Of a stretch of 64,000 bases of DNA, positions 27,961-47,106 are shown one piece after another. Position 1 is the stretch's first letter, and the number at the start of each line of letters is the position of its first letter. The notes beneath the pieces are model-generated. The model saw only the letters and a list, made by a program, of their open reading frames with translations, was not told the origin of the DNA and searched no databases. Where the stretch lies: NCBI RefSeq assembly GCF_009914755.1, contig NC_060925.1. The stretch is one strand, 5' to 3'. Origin of the DNA: the human T2T-CHM13v2.0 reference genome, Homo sapiens. Position numbers and translations under genes: made by a program.

Positions 27961-29804
27961 ACTTGTTATTGACATTTTAACAAAGGCTTTTATGTACATT
28001 ATTAAATGAAAAAGTTTATATTTTACTTTGCGGTACGTTACATTTGGAAAGGAGATCAGCAAGTTAATTTTCCCAGTGTTTTTGTCTGTATAATCTTAAT
28101 GTGAATCTGACCAGTTTGAAGCCTGTACTTGCTGTAGTTGAAGAGAAACAGTTCAGGAATGTTGTGCTGACTGGAAGGAATCCAGGCCTTAATTTCTGTG
28201 GCTGACACTCCCCATGGTGGACATGGAAGATTGGAAAAGCTGTATTGGAAAAGAAAAAAACCTGACACCTTAAGAAAAGTGCTCTACATATTTTGAAGAG
28301 TCTTTTTGCACACTACAGAAAAGAATGCACTAATAGAAAGTAGTCTTTAAGGAATAATATGTCCTCCTTATGCACAAAACATTTGGGAAAGATCTGATGT
28401 TTTACTAGTGGATTTAGGCAGCCAGATTGTAAAGAAATCAAGCTAGTTATTTCTTTGCATTGCCAAGCTAAGTGTAAAGTTAAACTTTTAATAGAAATAG
28501 AAATAAAAATTTGATAATACCAACATAACTATAAAATGGCCATAAGAAAAGTCAGTTCCCAAGGAAAATTAATAGATGACCATTTTGAAACATTTATTTG
28601 TGGTCAATACGAGGCACATAGGCAAAGTGGTCTTAATCCTGAGATTGCTCATTTGGAGAAGAGCACACTTGGAGACTGCACAATCTCTCTTCACTTTGAT
28701 TATATCTTTATCAAAATTGAATAATTCTAAGTGTTTACACACTTCGGAATGAATGACTAGATATTAACTTAAGTGTGTGCATTCATTTTTCCCCTCAGAA
28801 TAATTAAATAATAAAACCATCAGTTCAACTTTAGCTGGATAATCATTGCACTTATCAATTTAAAGCATAAATGCCTCTGCCTCAACACTTTCATTTCCTC
28901 TGTGGTTGAGAGACAAATTATATCACCACACTCTGTAAAGTTTCATGATTTCTTACAGCCTTCTCCTCAAAATTGTATGCTTGTTCATCTGACAAACCCA
29001 GAATTCTCCAGTACTTCCAACCATCCCTGCTGCAGCCTTGCCATTTGTGGTTCCTTGACAGTGCTGCTGTTAAAATCCACTTAACCACTGATGGAAATGA
29101 GTTACGTGAGTTCTGAACACAGGTTTTAATCGGATTCCTGATTAAATTAATGGCAGTGAGTCTTAGGCTTGATTTATTCAAGATTCCATGGTGTGGAACT
29201 GACAGTTGCTCAGCTCTTTAATAAAATCATATATATATGTATATATTTTGAGATGGTATCTCAGTATGTTGCCCAGGCTCCCTGGGCTCAAGCTATCCTC
29301 CTGCCTCAACCTCGTAAGTAGCTAGTACTTCTGCTGGAAACATGCAAATGTCCATTAACTGATGAATGGATAATGTGATATATCCATTCAATGGAATGTT
29401 TTTCAGACATAAAAAGGAATGAAGTACTGAAACATTGCTACAGTGTGGATGAATCTTGAAGACAATATGTGAAGTGAAAAGAGCCAGTCACAAAAGGCCA
29501 TAAAAGGTCACAAAAGGCTGAGGCAGGAGAATCCTGAACCCGAAAGGCGGAGGTTGCAGTGAGCCGAGATCGCGCCACTGCACTCTAGCCTAGGCGACAG
29601 AGGGAGACCCCGTCTCCAAAAAAAGTTTATATTTCAGTGTAAGTAGAAAAAAACTAGGTAAATAAAGTATATGATACGGTAGGCGCTACTGGAAAAAATA
29701 TAGTGGGGAAGGAGGATAAGTAGTATTTGGGTCATTGTGGTTTTAGATAGGGTGGCCATGAAAGCCTCACCCAAAAGAGGCAAAGAAAAGAGCCATGTGG
29801 ATTT

Positions 29805-30081
29805 TAGGGTCTCCTTCTGTTGCCCAGGCTAGAGTGCAGTGGCAAGATATGGCTCACTGCAACCTTAACCTGAGCGCAAGGGTTCCTCCCACTTCTACCT
29901 CCTGAGTAGCTGGGATTACAGGCACGGGCCACCGCAGCTGGCTAAGTTATTTATTTTTTGTAGAGATGAAGTTTCCCTACATTGACCAGGCTGCTCTCCA
30001 ACCCTGGCCTCAAGCAATCTTCTTGCCTGTCTCAGCCTCCCAAAATGCTGGGATTACTGGTATGGGCCATGGCTCCTAGCC
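29805..30081 (-). mobile_element. Alu (AluJ-like, tail missing)
   Basis: Reverse Alu body without a poly-T head; Alu fragments also at ~29248-29330 and ~29516-29624. Confidence 0.8.
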
Positions 30082-30241
30082 GCCTTTTTTTTTTTTTTTT
30101 TTTTTTTCAAAAAATATTCCAACTGAGGTTTGGCATTTATTGCTTGAGAAATAAATAATATAAATAAAATAGCTTGATTTAGGAAATGAAGTTGTGCTAG
30201 CTGGAACACTGGCCAGGTTATGGCCACGATAAAGAAGAGAC

Positions 30242-30554
<313 letters not shown>

Positions 30555-31476
30555 CTAGAGAGTAAATAAAGTGGCCCCTAATACAGTGGGTATAGATTCA
30601 TGAAGTGGCAGTAGCTGAACTGTAGCTACTGTTAACTTTGAGGACTAATTAAGACAATGTCAGGAAAATTTTCTTTTTCTTTTTTCTTTTTTTCTACTCT
30701 GTGTTTCTTCATTATCTGAATTTATCCTCATGCAGGTTGGAAAGTGCTGAAAGCAGTCCATTTTTATGAGCTCTTTTATTCTAAGCCAAATCAGTCAGAT
30801 TACAAACCCCATTGTATTTTAGATAACCCAAGTGATTATTCAGGTGCTCAAAAGCTTTTAGAGAACTGCTAAACCTCATGTACTTCTGGGCAGTATCAGC
30901 AATTAAAAGAGTTTAATTTTCTAGGTGAAACTGATTCTGGTTTGGATTTCTTTATTTGGACTGAGAGATATTTTAACCAGGTTAAAATATTGGTGCAAAG
31001 CCATCTCTGATGAGACTTAAAATCATAAAGCTACTTCCCCATGCAGTTCTTGTCACCATTTCAGGGTACTGCTGGGCAATAGGACATGAGTTCCCATTGC
31101 TTGTGGGATCTTCAGATGTATATCCCTCCAGTGAATTGGACTCAGTATTGTTGAGACATCAATTTTCCGCAACAAGATTTATAGATTGAAAGCAATCACA
31201 GTAAAAATCCCGGTAAGATTTTTAGGAGAAATTAATATATTCCCTGATTTCTAACTTATTACAAAGTTATACATTAGACAATGCGATATTGGAGAAAGGA
31301 CACCCATATAAATCAATTGAATAGAATCAATAATTCAGAAATAGACCCAAAAATATATGGTCAAATGATTTTTGATGTTAAGGAAAAAATAAAAACATTT
31401 TAAGCTGAGGAGATACAGGACAAATTATTTGCCCTCATGGAGCTTACCTTCAAATGGGCAAGACAAATAATTTTTA

Positions 31477-32010
<534 letters not shown>

Positions 32011-34169
32011 TTGACAGTAGTGAATGCTATGAAGAAATAAATCAGGATAAAGGCATAGAGAATGACTTACAGTGGTGCTATTTAAATAGGGTGGATAGAG
32101 ACGATTGGTGGCTGAATAGAGCTATTGAATAATGAGAAGGAATCAACACGATGGGACCTATTTTTAGGTCTACTCTTTCGATTCTTTTTAATTTTAGGTC
32201 TACTCTTTCACTTATTCTTTCAAGAAATATTTGTTGAGCACCTATTATGTGCTCAACATAATTATATTATTCTAGGTGCTGGAGATAGAACAGTAAATAA
32301 AACAGACAAAACCCCCAGCCCCCATGGTGCTTACTTTTTTTTTTTTTGGTAGGGAAGCAAAAAATAAACTTCACAAATAAGTCAAATGGATGGTATGTTA
32401 GTGGAAATGCTAAGGCAAAAGAAGGAAGGAAGGGATGTAGAATATGTGTGAGTGTGCGTGTGGGCGTGAACGGGTGACGGTGGCTTCTGTTTAAGATACA
32501 GTGCCCAAGAAAGGCTTACCTAGAAGATGACGTTTGAAGGAAGTAGAGGCAGTTATGGAGGCGGCAATGGGCAAGATGGTTCAAAAAGAGGGATAAGCAA
32601 GTGCAGCGGCCCTGAGCTGGAGCGTACCTGTGAGCTGGCATGAAGCCTTCAGGGAGAGTGGAGGGAGATAAGATAATGTGTGTGTAGGGGTGGATGGATC
32701 CTATGGGGCCCAGCAGGTCATTGTAAGGCGTCGGCATTCATTTAGAGATGAGACGCCACTAGAGATATGAGCAGGAGTGGCATGATTATGTTTTATTCGG
32801 ATTGCTCTAGCTGTGTTTTAATTAAAACTATTTTATAAAGAGAGGAAAAAACAATTTTGCTTTTCCAAATCAATCATGTTTATGTCTTTGAAAGAGGAGA
32901 ACAACAAATCACAGAAAACATAAATAAATGCATTTTGTTCAGGGACAGATGGCTGAAGCAACGAGAGTGAATCACAGAGTCACAGAATCACAGTTATGTG
33001 CAAAGCACTCAGGAAATAGCTTGGTCCCTAATTAATCATTCCATGTTGTTAAACTCTGTGGAGATAAATTTAGCCAGCAGTAGGTAGAATGAGATGAATT
33101 CTCATGAAAACATGTTTTCAATGAAGTTGGCAAAGAATGCTGTGTAAACCCCAAATAGCTGAAACTATGTCCTAATAGCATTGAGCTTGGTGTGCCACAT
33201 CCTTAGCAATAACCACTTGAGTGTCTGTCCCTGGGGCCTGCAGATGAGGATGTTAACATCTGATTTAGCAGAAGGGGTGGGGAGAGTGATGGGGGACAAG
33301 GGAGAGAGTCCTGAAACATACAGGTGGTGACCCTAGGAGCTGACTTTGGTGCCATTTAGGCATATTTGCTTTCAGGACTCACACTTCCTTAGGTTTAAGC
33401 TATCAATAAAAGGAAAGTGGTTTCTAAGTCCTAGCCTTTGGACTGTATTCCTTTAATTCATATAGTGGAGCAGGGGGAAAGTTATCATTTTAATGGCTGG
33501 TAGCACAATTCCGAGAAGAAAACTTTTTTGTTTATTTAATCTTAGATAAGCCATTTGAGTGTTAAGAGCTATGGCCCACGACAGGGAAGGGATTTGAAAT
33601 GTTTTAGATAATAAAGTGAGGAGAATTTGGGATTTGCATCAGAATGACGAAGGGGAAGTGGGGGAGGGGTGATACACTAACACCAGTGGAGAAGAAATCC
33701 AGGGAAAAGGTGACAGAAATCCTGGCCACTGAAGGGCTGGAGCCTGAGGCTAAAACAGTGCCAGGGAGACCCTCTGGGGTGACAGCCTAAGAATTTTTGA
33801 TAACAAGGATATTGGCAGAGCAGTGGTGAAACCCTCTCCCCTTTTCCCATTGCTTCTCCCTCCTTTGCCCCAGATTCCCACTCAAAGCCTGTGATACATA
33901 CTGTTGTTCACTGTGGTGTTCAGGTATACTGAGGGGTAGGAGAGTGAAGAAAAGGAGAATGGTTTGCAAGTGGGGTTAATGTGGGCTGAGAGAGAAGAGG
34001 ACAGCAAAGAGGCGTGAGACACAGGGTAAAGAAAGCATTCAGAGTAAAATGGACCAAGAGGTGAGTAGGAGAATAAGTTACCCCAAATGCCTCAGAAATA
34101 TTTGTTGGGAGGACTCTGCTATATGAGACTTAAGCCCTTTTTAAAAAAATAAAATAAAATGAAAAGGTG

Positions 34170-34586
34170 ATTCCCAAAAGGTTCGTGCCTTATGAGGCTT
34201 CATCTGCATAGGATCCCTGGTTTCACAACTCCTTATCTTGACCAGACTTTCTATTGATTCCAGGTCTTTAGACAATAACTTAATTCTTTCAACCAACTGT
34301 CAATCAGAAAATCTTTGAATCCACCTATGACCTATGACCCCTCCCCTACTCCACCCCACTGATTTGAGTTTGTCCTGCCTTTTCCAACTAAACTAGTATA
34401 TATCCCACATGTATTGATTAATATCTTTTGTCTCCCTAAATGTATAAAAACCAAGCTATAACCCAACCACCTTGGGCACATGTTCTCAGGATCTCTTGAG
34501 ACTGTACCTTGGGCCTTGGTCATTTATATTTGACTCAGAATAAACCTCTTTAAATATTTTACAGAGTCTGACTCTTTTCATCAACA
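34170..34586 (+). mobile_element. ERV1 LTR fragment (MER4/MER39 group)
   Basis: accaccttgggcacatgttctcaggatctc ... cagaataaacctctttaaatattttacagagtctgactcttttcatcaaca. Confidence 0.65.
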
Positions 34587-35684
34587 GCTGGAATATTTGT
34601 TTCTTGATCTAATGATGATTACACAGCAGTTTTAAGTTTGTGCAAGTTTATTTGGTTTTATACTTACAATATATACACTCAATAAAATATGATATACCTC
34701 AATAAAAATAAAGCAATGCCTTCCCTGCCTCCAAAAACAAAACCAACCTGGGAATACAAAGATCCAATAACAGTGCCTGCAGAAGCTTAGAAAATCGGCA
34801 CAGATGTGACATTTGACTCAGTTCAGCACACATTATGGAGGGTTACTATACAAGGGAGACTGCACACAGAGACCATACTCAGGAGCCTGAGGATCCTGAA
34901 TCACTGACCTAGAGGGAAGAAGTACCAGCCCCTATCTTGAGGACCTCATATTACAAGGCAGTAATAGACATGCAAAAATTAATAGCAACAGTCTGATTCT
35001 GGCAATTGGCTGATATGCCAACTCTTACCACTTTTCAACATTGTGCTAGATATGTAAGTGGCAGAAAGACTGAAAAGGAATAAACAGATTATTATTTGCA
35101 TTCTATGCTCTTATTTACTTAGAAAATCCAGGAGAATCTATACACTATTAGAAAAAAATTACACTTATAAAACTTACTAGATAAAAGATCAGTATCAAAA
35201 AAATCAATTGCTTTCCTAAACACCAGTACTAACTAATTAGAAAATGCACTGGGCACAGTGGCTTAAGCCAATAATCCCAGCATTTTGGGAGGCTGAGGTG
35301 GGAGGATCACTTGAGCCCAGGAGTTCGAGACCTGCCTGAGCAACATAGCAAGACCCTGTCTCTGAAAATGCAATTTTCCAAATTTTCAATAGGAACAAAT
35401 ACATAAATGATTATAATATATATATATAATTTTATATATACACATCTATATCTGATGTTATAAAGATGTGCAATACTTGGAGAAAAATTTCAAAAATTTG
35501 TTGCTGGGTATATAAGCTCTAAATATATAAAAAGATATACTATATTTAAATACTAAGGGATAAAGTATTAAGCATTCAATGAATACTGGAAAAATGATTG
35601 GATGAGTTCATATTGGACAGAGCCACATCTCGGTCTTCTTTTGGAATCCTTTCTTCATATAGTACCTAGAATAGTGCCTGACAC

Positions 35685-36329
35685 TGTGGGAAACCAAAAT
35701 ATGTCACCTCAAAATATACTTCTTTGGCGTATTTTCAGTTGGTTATTCAGAGAAGTAGCAGACAGGAATAGTTCTGAAAAGCTGTTCTTTTGGGGGTAGA
35801 TTTGCATCTGTAGAGGAAATCTGCATTGGTGAGGTAAAGAACAGACACAGAGGCTTTCTCTGAGGTCCACCTATCTGGATCAGGAAAAAGGAACTCAATA
35901 AGAAAAGGAGACTAAAGACCTGATACTTTTAAAGTTTGGACAGTGAAACTTTTGCTGCATCTCTTCCTTCTGAGGGCTGCTCCCAGAGAGACTTCATCTG
36001 CATCACAAGACAGCCTTTGCTCACCATGCCTTTCCTCCCCACACCCTCTCATAATGTGTTGCTACCTCCCTGCAGGAGCCTTTAGGACCCTATTTCTTTC
36101 TGTAGCTTAAAATGCTATTGAAGCTTCAACTATCTGGCCCTTCTTTGATTCTTCGAGTCTCGTAGTTTGTGTGGCTCCTGTGCACATGTGCATGTGATAA
36201 ATGTGTATACTTTGTCTCCCATGAATCTGGCTATTGTCAGTTTCTTTTATAGACTCAGATTAACAAACTTTCAGAAGGGTGGAGGCGGGCGGGGGGTGGG
36301 GTGGGGAGGGAAATCCCTTTGCTCCTACA
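35685..36329 (+). mobile_element. ERV1 solo LTR (MER34-like)
   Basis: Starts tgtgggaaaccaaaatatgtcacctcaaaatatac and ends ...ctcctaca. Confidence 0.55.
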
Positions 36330-38014
36330 GCAAAGTAGTAGGGACTCAAAAAATATCGAAGAGAAGAAAACAAAGGAGAGGAAAGGAGGAAGGGATGAAT
36401 AACTTTATTTAAATGAGAAAAGTGGCACTGAGTTAAAAATTATTAAATATTTTGAATTCTTTATGTTATTACAATTTTTACTTTTGCTAACATCCTCTTG
36501 CTTTATTGTTGTAATAATGTGTGCTCATATAGTCATTAAGAGTTTACAAAACTGTGTCAATTAGGTCCATATAACAATGAAAAAGCAGCAGCATCACTGG
36601 AAAATCTCGAGGCTCTTCAAGGTTAAGGGGCTTGCCTTAGATGACAAATAACCTGACTGTTACTCAGACCCAAGTTTTTTGACTTCAAGGGCAGCGACTT
36701 TGTACTCTACAGATGCCAATCTAAATGGGCTGCAAGCTAGATGTGTAGGCTATGGATTGCCATCCTAATTGGGACACTTTTGAGAGCAGAAGTAGGTGTT
36801 ATCCATTATGTTGGGACAATAGGTGTAAATTGGTACCATCTTGGGTACATCCAAGGTACAGTTTACCTTATCTATGGCTGAAAACTGAGTTTAAATTAAT
36901 TCTTCTTACGGGCAGCACAAGTCAAAAAGCCCTTTGCCAAGCTGCACAGATTGTAAATGCTGCTCCTGGCTGTGTTCAATGTATATTTGGACAAAGTCAA
37001 TAATAAATAAATAAAGGTCAACTATGAATTAAGGTAGGTTTGTTAGTTTGTTTTTTGGTAAAAGGAATGTCACTTGCTTAGAGAGGTTAATATACTGCAT
37101 GTGGGGCAAAGTTGCTGGTAAGTATCATTCTTCCTTCTGTCCTTCGAACCCCAAATGACACATCTTGTTCACGTATCCACTATGGTGTAAGACATCACTG
37201 GGTGCTGGCTGTAATTTTATCTTCCTTCTTAAAGTCTTTATAACGTGAAGATAATGAGTGGATCTGTGCGAAACTCACTACCAGGATCAGCCAATACTTG
37301 TTTTTCTGTGGAGCTTTTGGTGATTACTTTAACTGAATAGAGTTTTTTTTTTTTAAACAGCAAATCTTTCAATGTATTAGCAATTTTAAGTAAGAATCTC
37401 TAACTTGTAACACACACTGAACTTAGAGTTTTGTTTTTTTTCTACACATGCCATTTCTGCAAGTGAACTTAAGAAATTTCAACTAATATAGAAGACTTAA
37501 TCAATTCTCAATTACATGTTGTAAATTAACCTGCTAACAGGAACAGGTGAAACTCTCTTAACATTTTAAGGACATAAAGTAATCAAATATGCAGATTTAA
37601 CACAAAACCATTAATATTATGGGGTTCTCTTCAATATTTCTATGCTTAATTTTAAATCTTTTTTAGGATAAAATTGTTTTCCAACTAAGAAAATTATTGT
37701 CATCCTATTTTGTGAGATACCACTAAGTCAAATGAGATTGCGTAATGACCAGAGATATTATTAGTTGAGGTGCTGACTGTATTTTTATCTGATATACCAA
37801 TGAGTCTTTTCACTTGGGTAAATATGTAGGAGCTGGATTTCTGAGTTGAATGGTAAGTCTGTTTTTAACTTTGTACTAAACTGGGATTTTGTTTTCCAAA
37901 GTGGCTGTACAATTTTGCATTCCAACCAACAATGTATGAGAGTCCTAGTTCTGCATGCTCATCAGTAAATAGAATTGTCAGTTGTTAAATTTTAGCCATT
38001 CTAATAGTTCCTAC

Positions 38015-38222
38015 CCTTTTTTAGACCATATAGGGTAATGACATTGCCATGGCATCTGTAAACTGTCATGGCGCTAGTGGGAGTGTCTTTTGGTATGCTA
38101 ATACATTATAATTAGTGTATAATGAGCAATGATATCGAACAGAGGTCACTTTCATTGCCATGTGGGTTTGGGTGGGTTTTGGCCAGCTTCTTTACTGCAA
38201 CCTGTTTTATCAGCGAGGTCCC
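38015..38222. mobile_element. ERV1 LTR fragment (MER51-like)
   Basis: ttgccatggcatctgtaaactgtcatggcgctagtgggag ... cttctttactgcaacctgttttatcagc. Confidence 0.55.
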
Positions 38223-38542
38223 TTCTGACTAATGATGTTAAGAATCTTTTAATGTACTTATTTATAATCTTTCTATCTTCAGTAAAATGTCTATAGAAAT
38301 TATTGGTCCATTTCTTTATTGAGTTGTGTGATTTCTTAATACTGAGTTTTGAAAGATCTTTATATATTCTGAACTCAAGGCTTTATTGTATATCTCATTT
38401 GCAAATATTTATCCAGTGCATGGCTGGTCTTTTAATTTTCTTTTTCTTTTTTCTTTTTCCTAACTGCTAGATGATGTGGGAGTCTTTTCAAATCCTTAGC
38501 ATCTTTGGAAGAGCAGAAGTTTAAATTTTTGATAAAATCTAA

Positions 38543-38810
<268 letters not shown>

Positions 38811-39229
38811 AAATTTATCATCTTTTTTTTTTCTTGGATGGATCATAGTTTTGGCATCTTCTTAGAAATCTTTGCCTAATGTCGTGATGATTTTCTCCTA
38901 TGTTTTCTTCAAAGTTTTATAGTTTAAAATTTTAGATTTAGGTCTGTAATACATTTGAGTTAATTTTTTGTAAAGGGTATGAGTGATCAATCAAGGCCCT
39001 CCCTCCTTCCTTTCCTTCCTTCCTTGTATATTGAAATCCAATTATTCCAGCACCATCTGTTGAGTCTTCCTATTCATGAACAGGGACTGTCTCTCCATTT
39101 ATTTAGTTTCTATTTGATTTCTTTCATTAGAGTTCTATAGTTTTCCTCATATAGATCTTGTACATAATTTGTTGGATTTATACCGAAGTAGTTTGGTTTT
39201 GGGGGTGCTGGTATAAATGGTATTGTGAT

Positions 39230-39513
39230 TTTTTTTTCTTTTTTTTTTTTTTTGATACAGGGTCTCACCCTCTCACCCAGGCTGGAGTGCAATGGTGCAA
39301 TCTTGGCTCACTTGTAACTTTGGCCTCCTGGGCTCAGGTGATCTTCCCACCTCAGCCCCTTGAGTACCTGGGACTACAGGTGTGCACCACCATACCTGGC
39401 TAATTTTTTTGTATTTTTGTTTTGCAGATATGGGTTTTTGCCATGTTGCCCAGACTGGTCTCAAGCTCCTGGGCCCCAAGTGATTTCATTCACCTCAGCC
39501 TCCTAAAGTGCTG
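39230..39513 (-). mobile_element. Alu (AluJ-like)
   Basis: Poly-T followed by a reverse Alu body. Confidence 0.85.
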
Positions 39514-40529
39514 TATTGTGTTTTTAATTTCAAATTCCACTTGTTCATTGCTCATACATAGGAAAGTGATTGACTTTTGTATATTAATCTTGCTCTAGTT
39601 ACTTATTAGTTCCAGGAGTCTGTTGTTTATTCTTTTGGATTTTCTACATGAACAACTATGTCTTCTGTGAACAAAGACAGTAATATATATTCCTTCCAGA
39701 TCCATGTACCTTTCATTTCATGTTCTTGTCCCAGTATTATCTAGGATTTCCAATATGATGTTGAAAAGGAGTGGTGAGAGGGAACATCCTTATCTTGCTC
39801 TTGATCTTGGTGAGAAAGCCTCATGCTTCTTATCATTAAGTATGATGTTAGCTGCAGGTTTTTTGTAGACATTCTTTATGAAGTTGAGGAAGATCCACTC
39901 CATTCCTAGTTTACTGACAGCTTTTATCATGAATGTGTGTTGGAGTTTGTCAAAAGCTTTTTCTGCATATATTAATATGATTATGTGATTTTTTTCCTTT
40001 AGCCTGTTGATGTAGTGAATTTTACATTAATTGATTTTTGAATGTTAAACCAGCTTTGCATATCTGGGATGAATTCCACTTGCTCATGGTGTATAATTCT
40101 TTTTATACATTGTTAGATTCAATTTGCTAATATCTTGTTGAGGATTTTGCATCCGTGTTCATGAAAGATATTGGATCTGTAGTCTTTTTATGTAATGTCT
40201 TTGTCTGGTTTTGGTAATAAGGTAATGCTGGCCTCATAGAATGAGTGGGGAAGTATTCCCTCTGCTTCTGTCTTCTAAAAGAGATTGTAGAGAGTTGGTA
40301 TAATTTCTTCCTTAAATGTTTGGTAGATATTACCAGTGAAACTATCTAGGCCTTGTGCTTTCTGTTTTGGAAGGTTATTATTTATTAATTCAATTTCTTT
40401 AATAAATATTGGCCTACTCAGATTATTTATTGATTCTTGTGTGAGTTTTGGCAGATTATGTCTTTCAAAAAATTGGTCCATTTCATCTAGGTTATCAAAT
40501 TAAATTTGTGGTCATAAAGTTGTTCATAG

Positions 40530-41380
<851 letters not shown>

Positions 41381-42197
41381 TATTTATCTTTTTTTTTTTT
41401 TTAAATAGCTTTTAGTTTCATTGATTTTTTTTCTATTGATTTTCTGTTTTCAATTTCATTGATTTCTGCTTTCATTTTTATTATTTCTTATTCTTTCTTT
41501 AGAATTAATTTGTTCCTCTTTTTTCTAGTTTTTTAAGGTGAAAGCCTAGATGATTGATTTTATATCTTTCTTCCTTTCTAATATATACATTTAATGGCAT
41601 AAATGTTCATCTAAGCACTGTTTTTACTGTATCCCACAAATTTTGAAAAGTCATGCTTTTATTTTCATTTAGTTAAAAATAATTTTAAATTTCTCTGAGA
41701 TTTCTCTTGTGACCCATGTGTTATTTTGAAGTGTGTTGTTTAATCTCCATGTATTTTGGAATTGTCCGGTTGTGTTTCCGTTATTAAATTTTTAGTTTAA
41801 TTCTATTGTGGTTTGAGAGCAGATGTTGTTTTAAATTTGCTAAGGTGTGTTTTATGGCCCAGAATGTGGTCTATCTTGCTAAATGTTCCATGTGAACTGG
41901 AGAAGAAAATGTTTTCTGCAAAAGTTGGATGAAGTAGTCCATAGATTTTTTTTTTGTTCCAGATTAAATGCTTTTTTAAAAAATTTATTATTATTATACT
42001 TTAAGTTATAGGGTACATGTGCACATTGTGCAGGTTAGTTACATATGTATACATGTGCCATGCTGGTGCGCTGCACCCACTAACTCGTCATCTAGCATTA
42101 GGTATATCTCCCAATGCTATCCCTCCCCCCTCCCCCCACCCCACAACAGTCCCCAGAGTGTGATGTTCCCCTTCCTGTGTCCATGTGTTCTCATTGT

Positions 42198-46027
<3,830 letters not shown>

Positions 46028-46090
46028 TATGATGTTAGCTGGTTCTTTTGCTCGTTAGTTCATGCAGTTTCTTCGTAGTCTCGATGGTCT

Positions 46091-47106
46091 TTACATTTTG
46101 GCATGATTTTGCAGCGGCTGGTACCGGTTGTTCCTTTCCATGTTTAGCGCTTTCTTCAGGAGCTCATTTAGGGCAGGCCTGGTGGTGACAAAATCTCTCA
46201 GCATTTGCTTGTCTGTAAAGTATTTTATTTCCCCTTCACTTATGAAACTTAGTTTGGCTGGATATGAAATTCTGGGTTGAAAATTCTTTTCTTTAAGAAT
46301 GTTGAATATTGGCCCCCACTCTCTTCTGGCTTGTAGGGTTTCTGCCGAGAGATCCACTGTTAGTCTGATGGGCTTCCCTTTGTGGGTAACCCAACCTTTC
46401 TCTCTGGCTGCCCTTAACATTTTTTCCTTCATTTCAACTTTGGTGAATCTGACAATTATGTGTCTTGGAGTTGCTCTTCTCGAGGAGTATCTTTGTGGCG
46501 TTCTCTGTATTTCCTGAATCTGAATGTTAGCCTGCCTTGCTAGATTGGGGAAGTTCTCCTGGATGATATCCTGCAGAGTGTTTTCCAACTTGGTTCCATT
46601 CTCCCCGTCACTTTCAGGTACACCAATCAGACGTAGATTTGGTCTTTTCACATAGTTCCATATTTCTTGGAGGCTTTGCTCGTTTCTTTTTATTCTTTTT
46701 TCTCTAAACTTCCCTTCTCGCTTCATTTCATTCACTTCATCTTCCATCGCTGATACCCTTTCTTCCAGTTGATCGCATCGGCTCCTGAGGCTTCTGCCTT
46801 CTTCACGTAGTTCTCAAGCCTTGGTTTTCAGCTCCATCAGCTCCTTTAAGCACTTCTCTGTATTGGTTATTCTAGTTATGCATTCTTCTAAACTTTTTTC
46901 AAAGTTTTCAACTTCTTTGCCTTTGGTTTGAATTTCCTCCCGTAGCTCGTAGTAATTTGATCGTCTGAAGCCTTCTTCTCTCAGCTCGTCGAAGTCATTC
47001 TCTGTCCAGCTTTGTTCCGTTGCTGGTGAAGAACTGCATTCCTTTGGAGGAGGAGCGGCGCTCTGCTGTTTAGAGTTCCCAGTTTTTCTGCTCTGTTTTT
47101 CCCCAT
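46091..47106 (-). pseudogene. L1 ORF1 with a 1-bp deletion just after the ATG
   Basis: ATGGGG AAAAA CAG has 5 A where the consensus has 6; span 1016 versus 1017 nt; C-terminal 218 aa open. Confidence 0.88.

Noticed and set aside
36277-36310. G-quadruplex-like G-run tract
   Set aside because: Lies within an LTR end; such motifs are common and nothing supports a role
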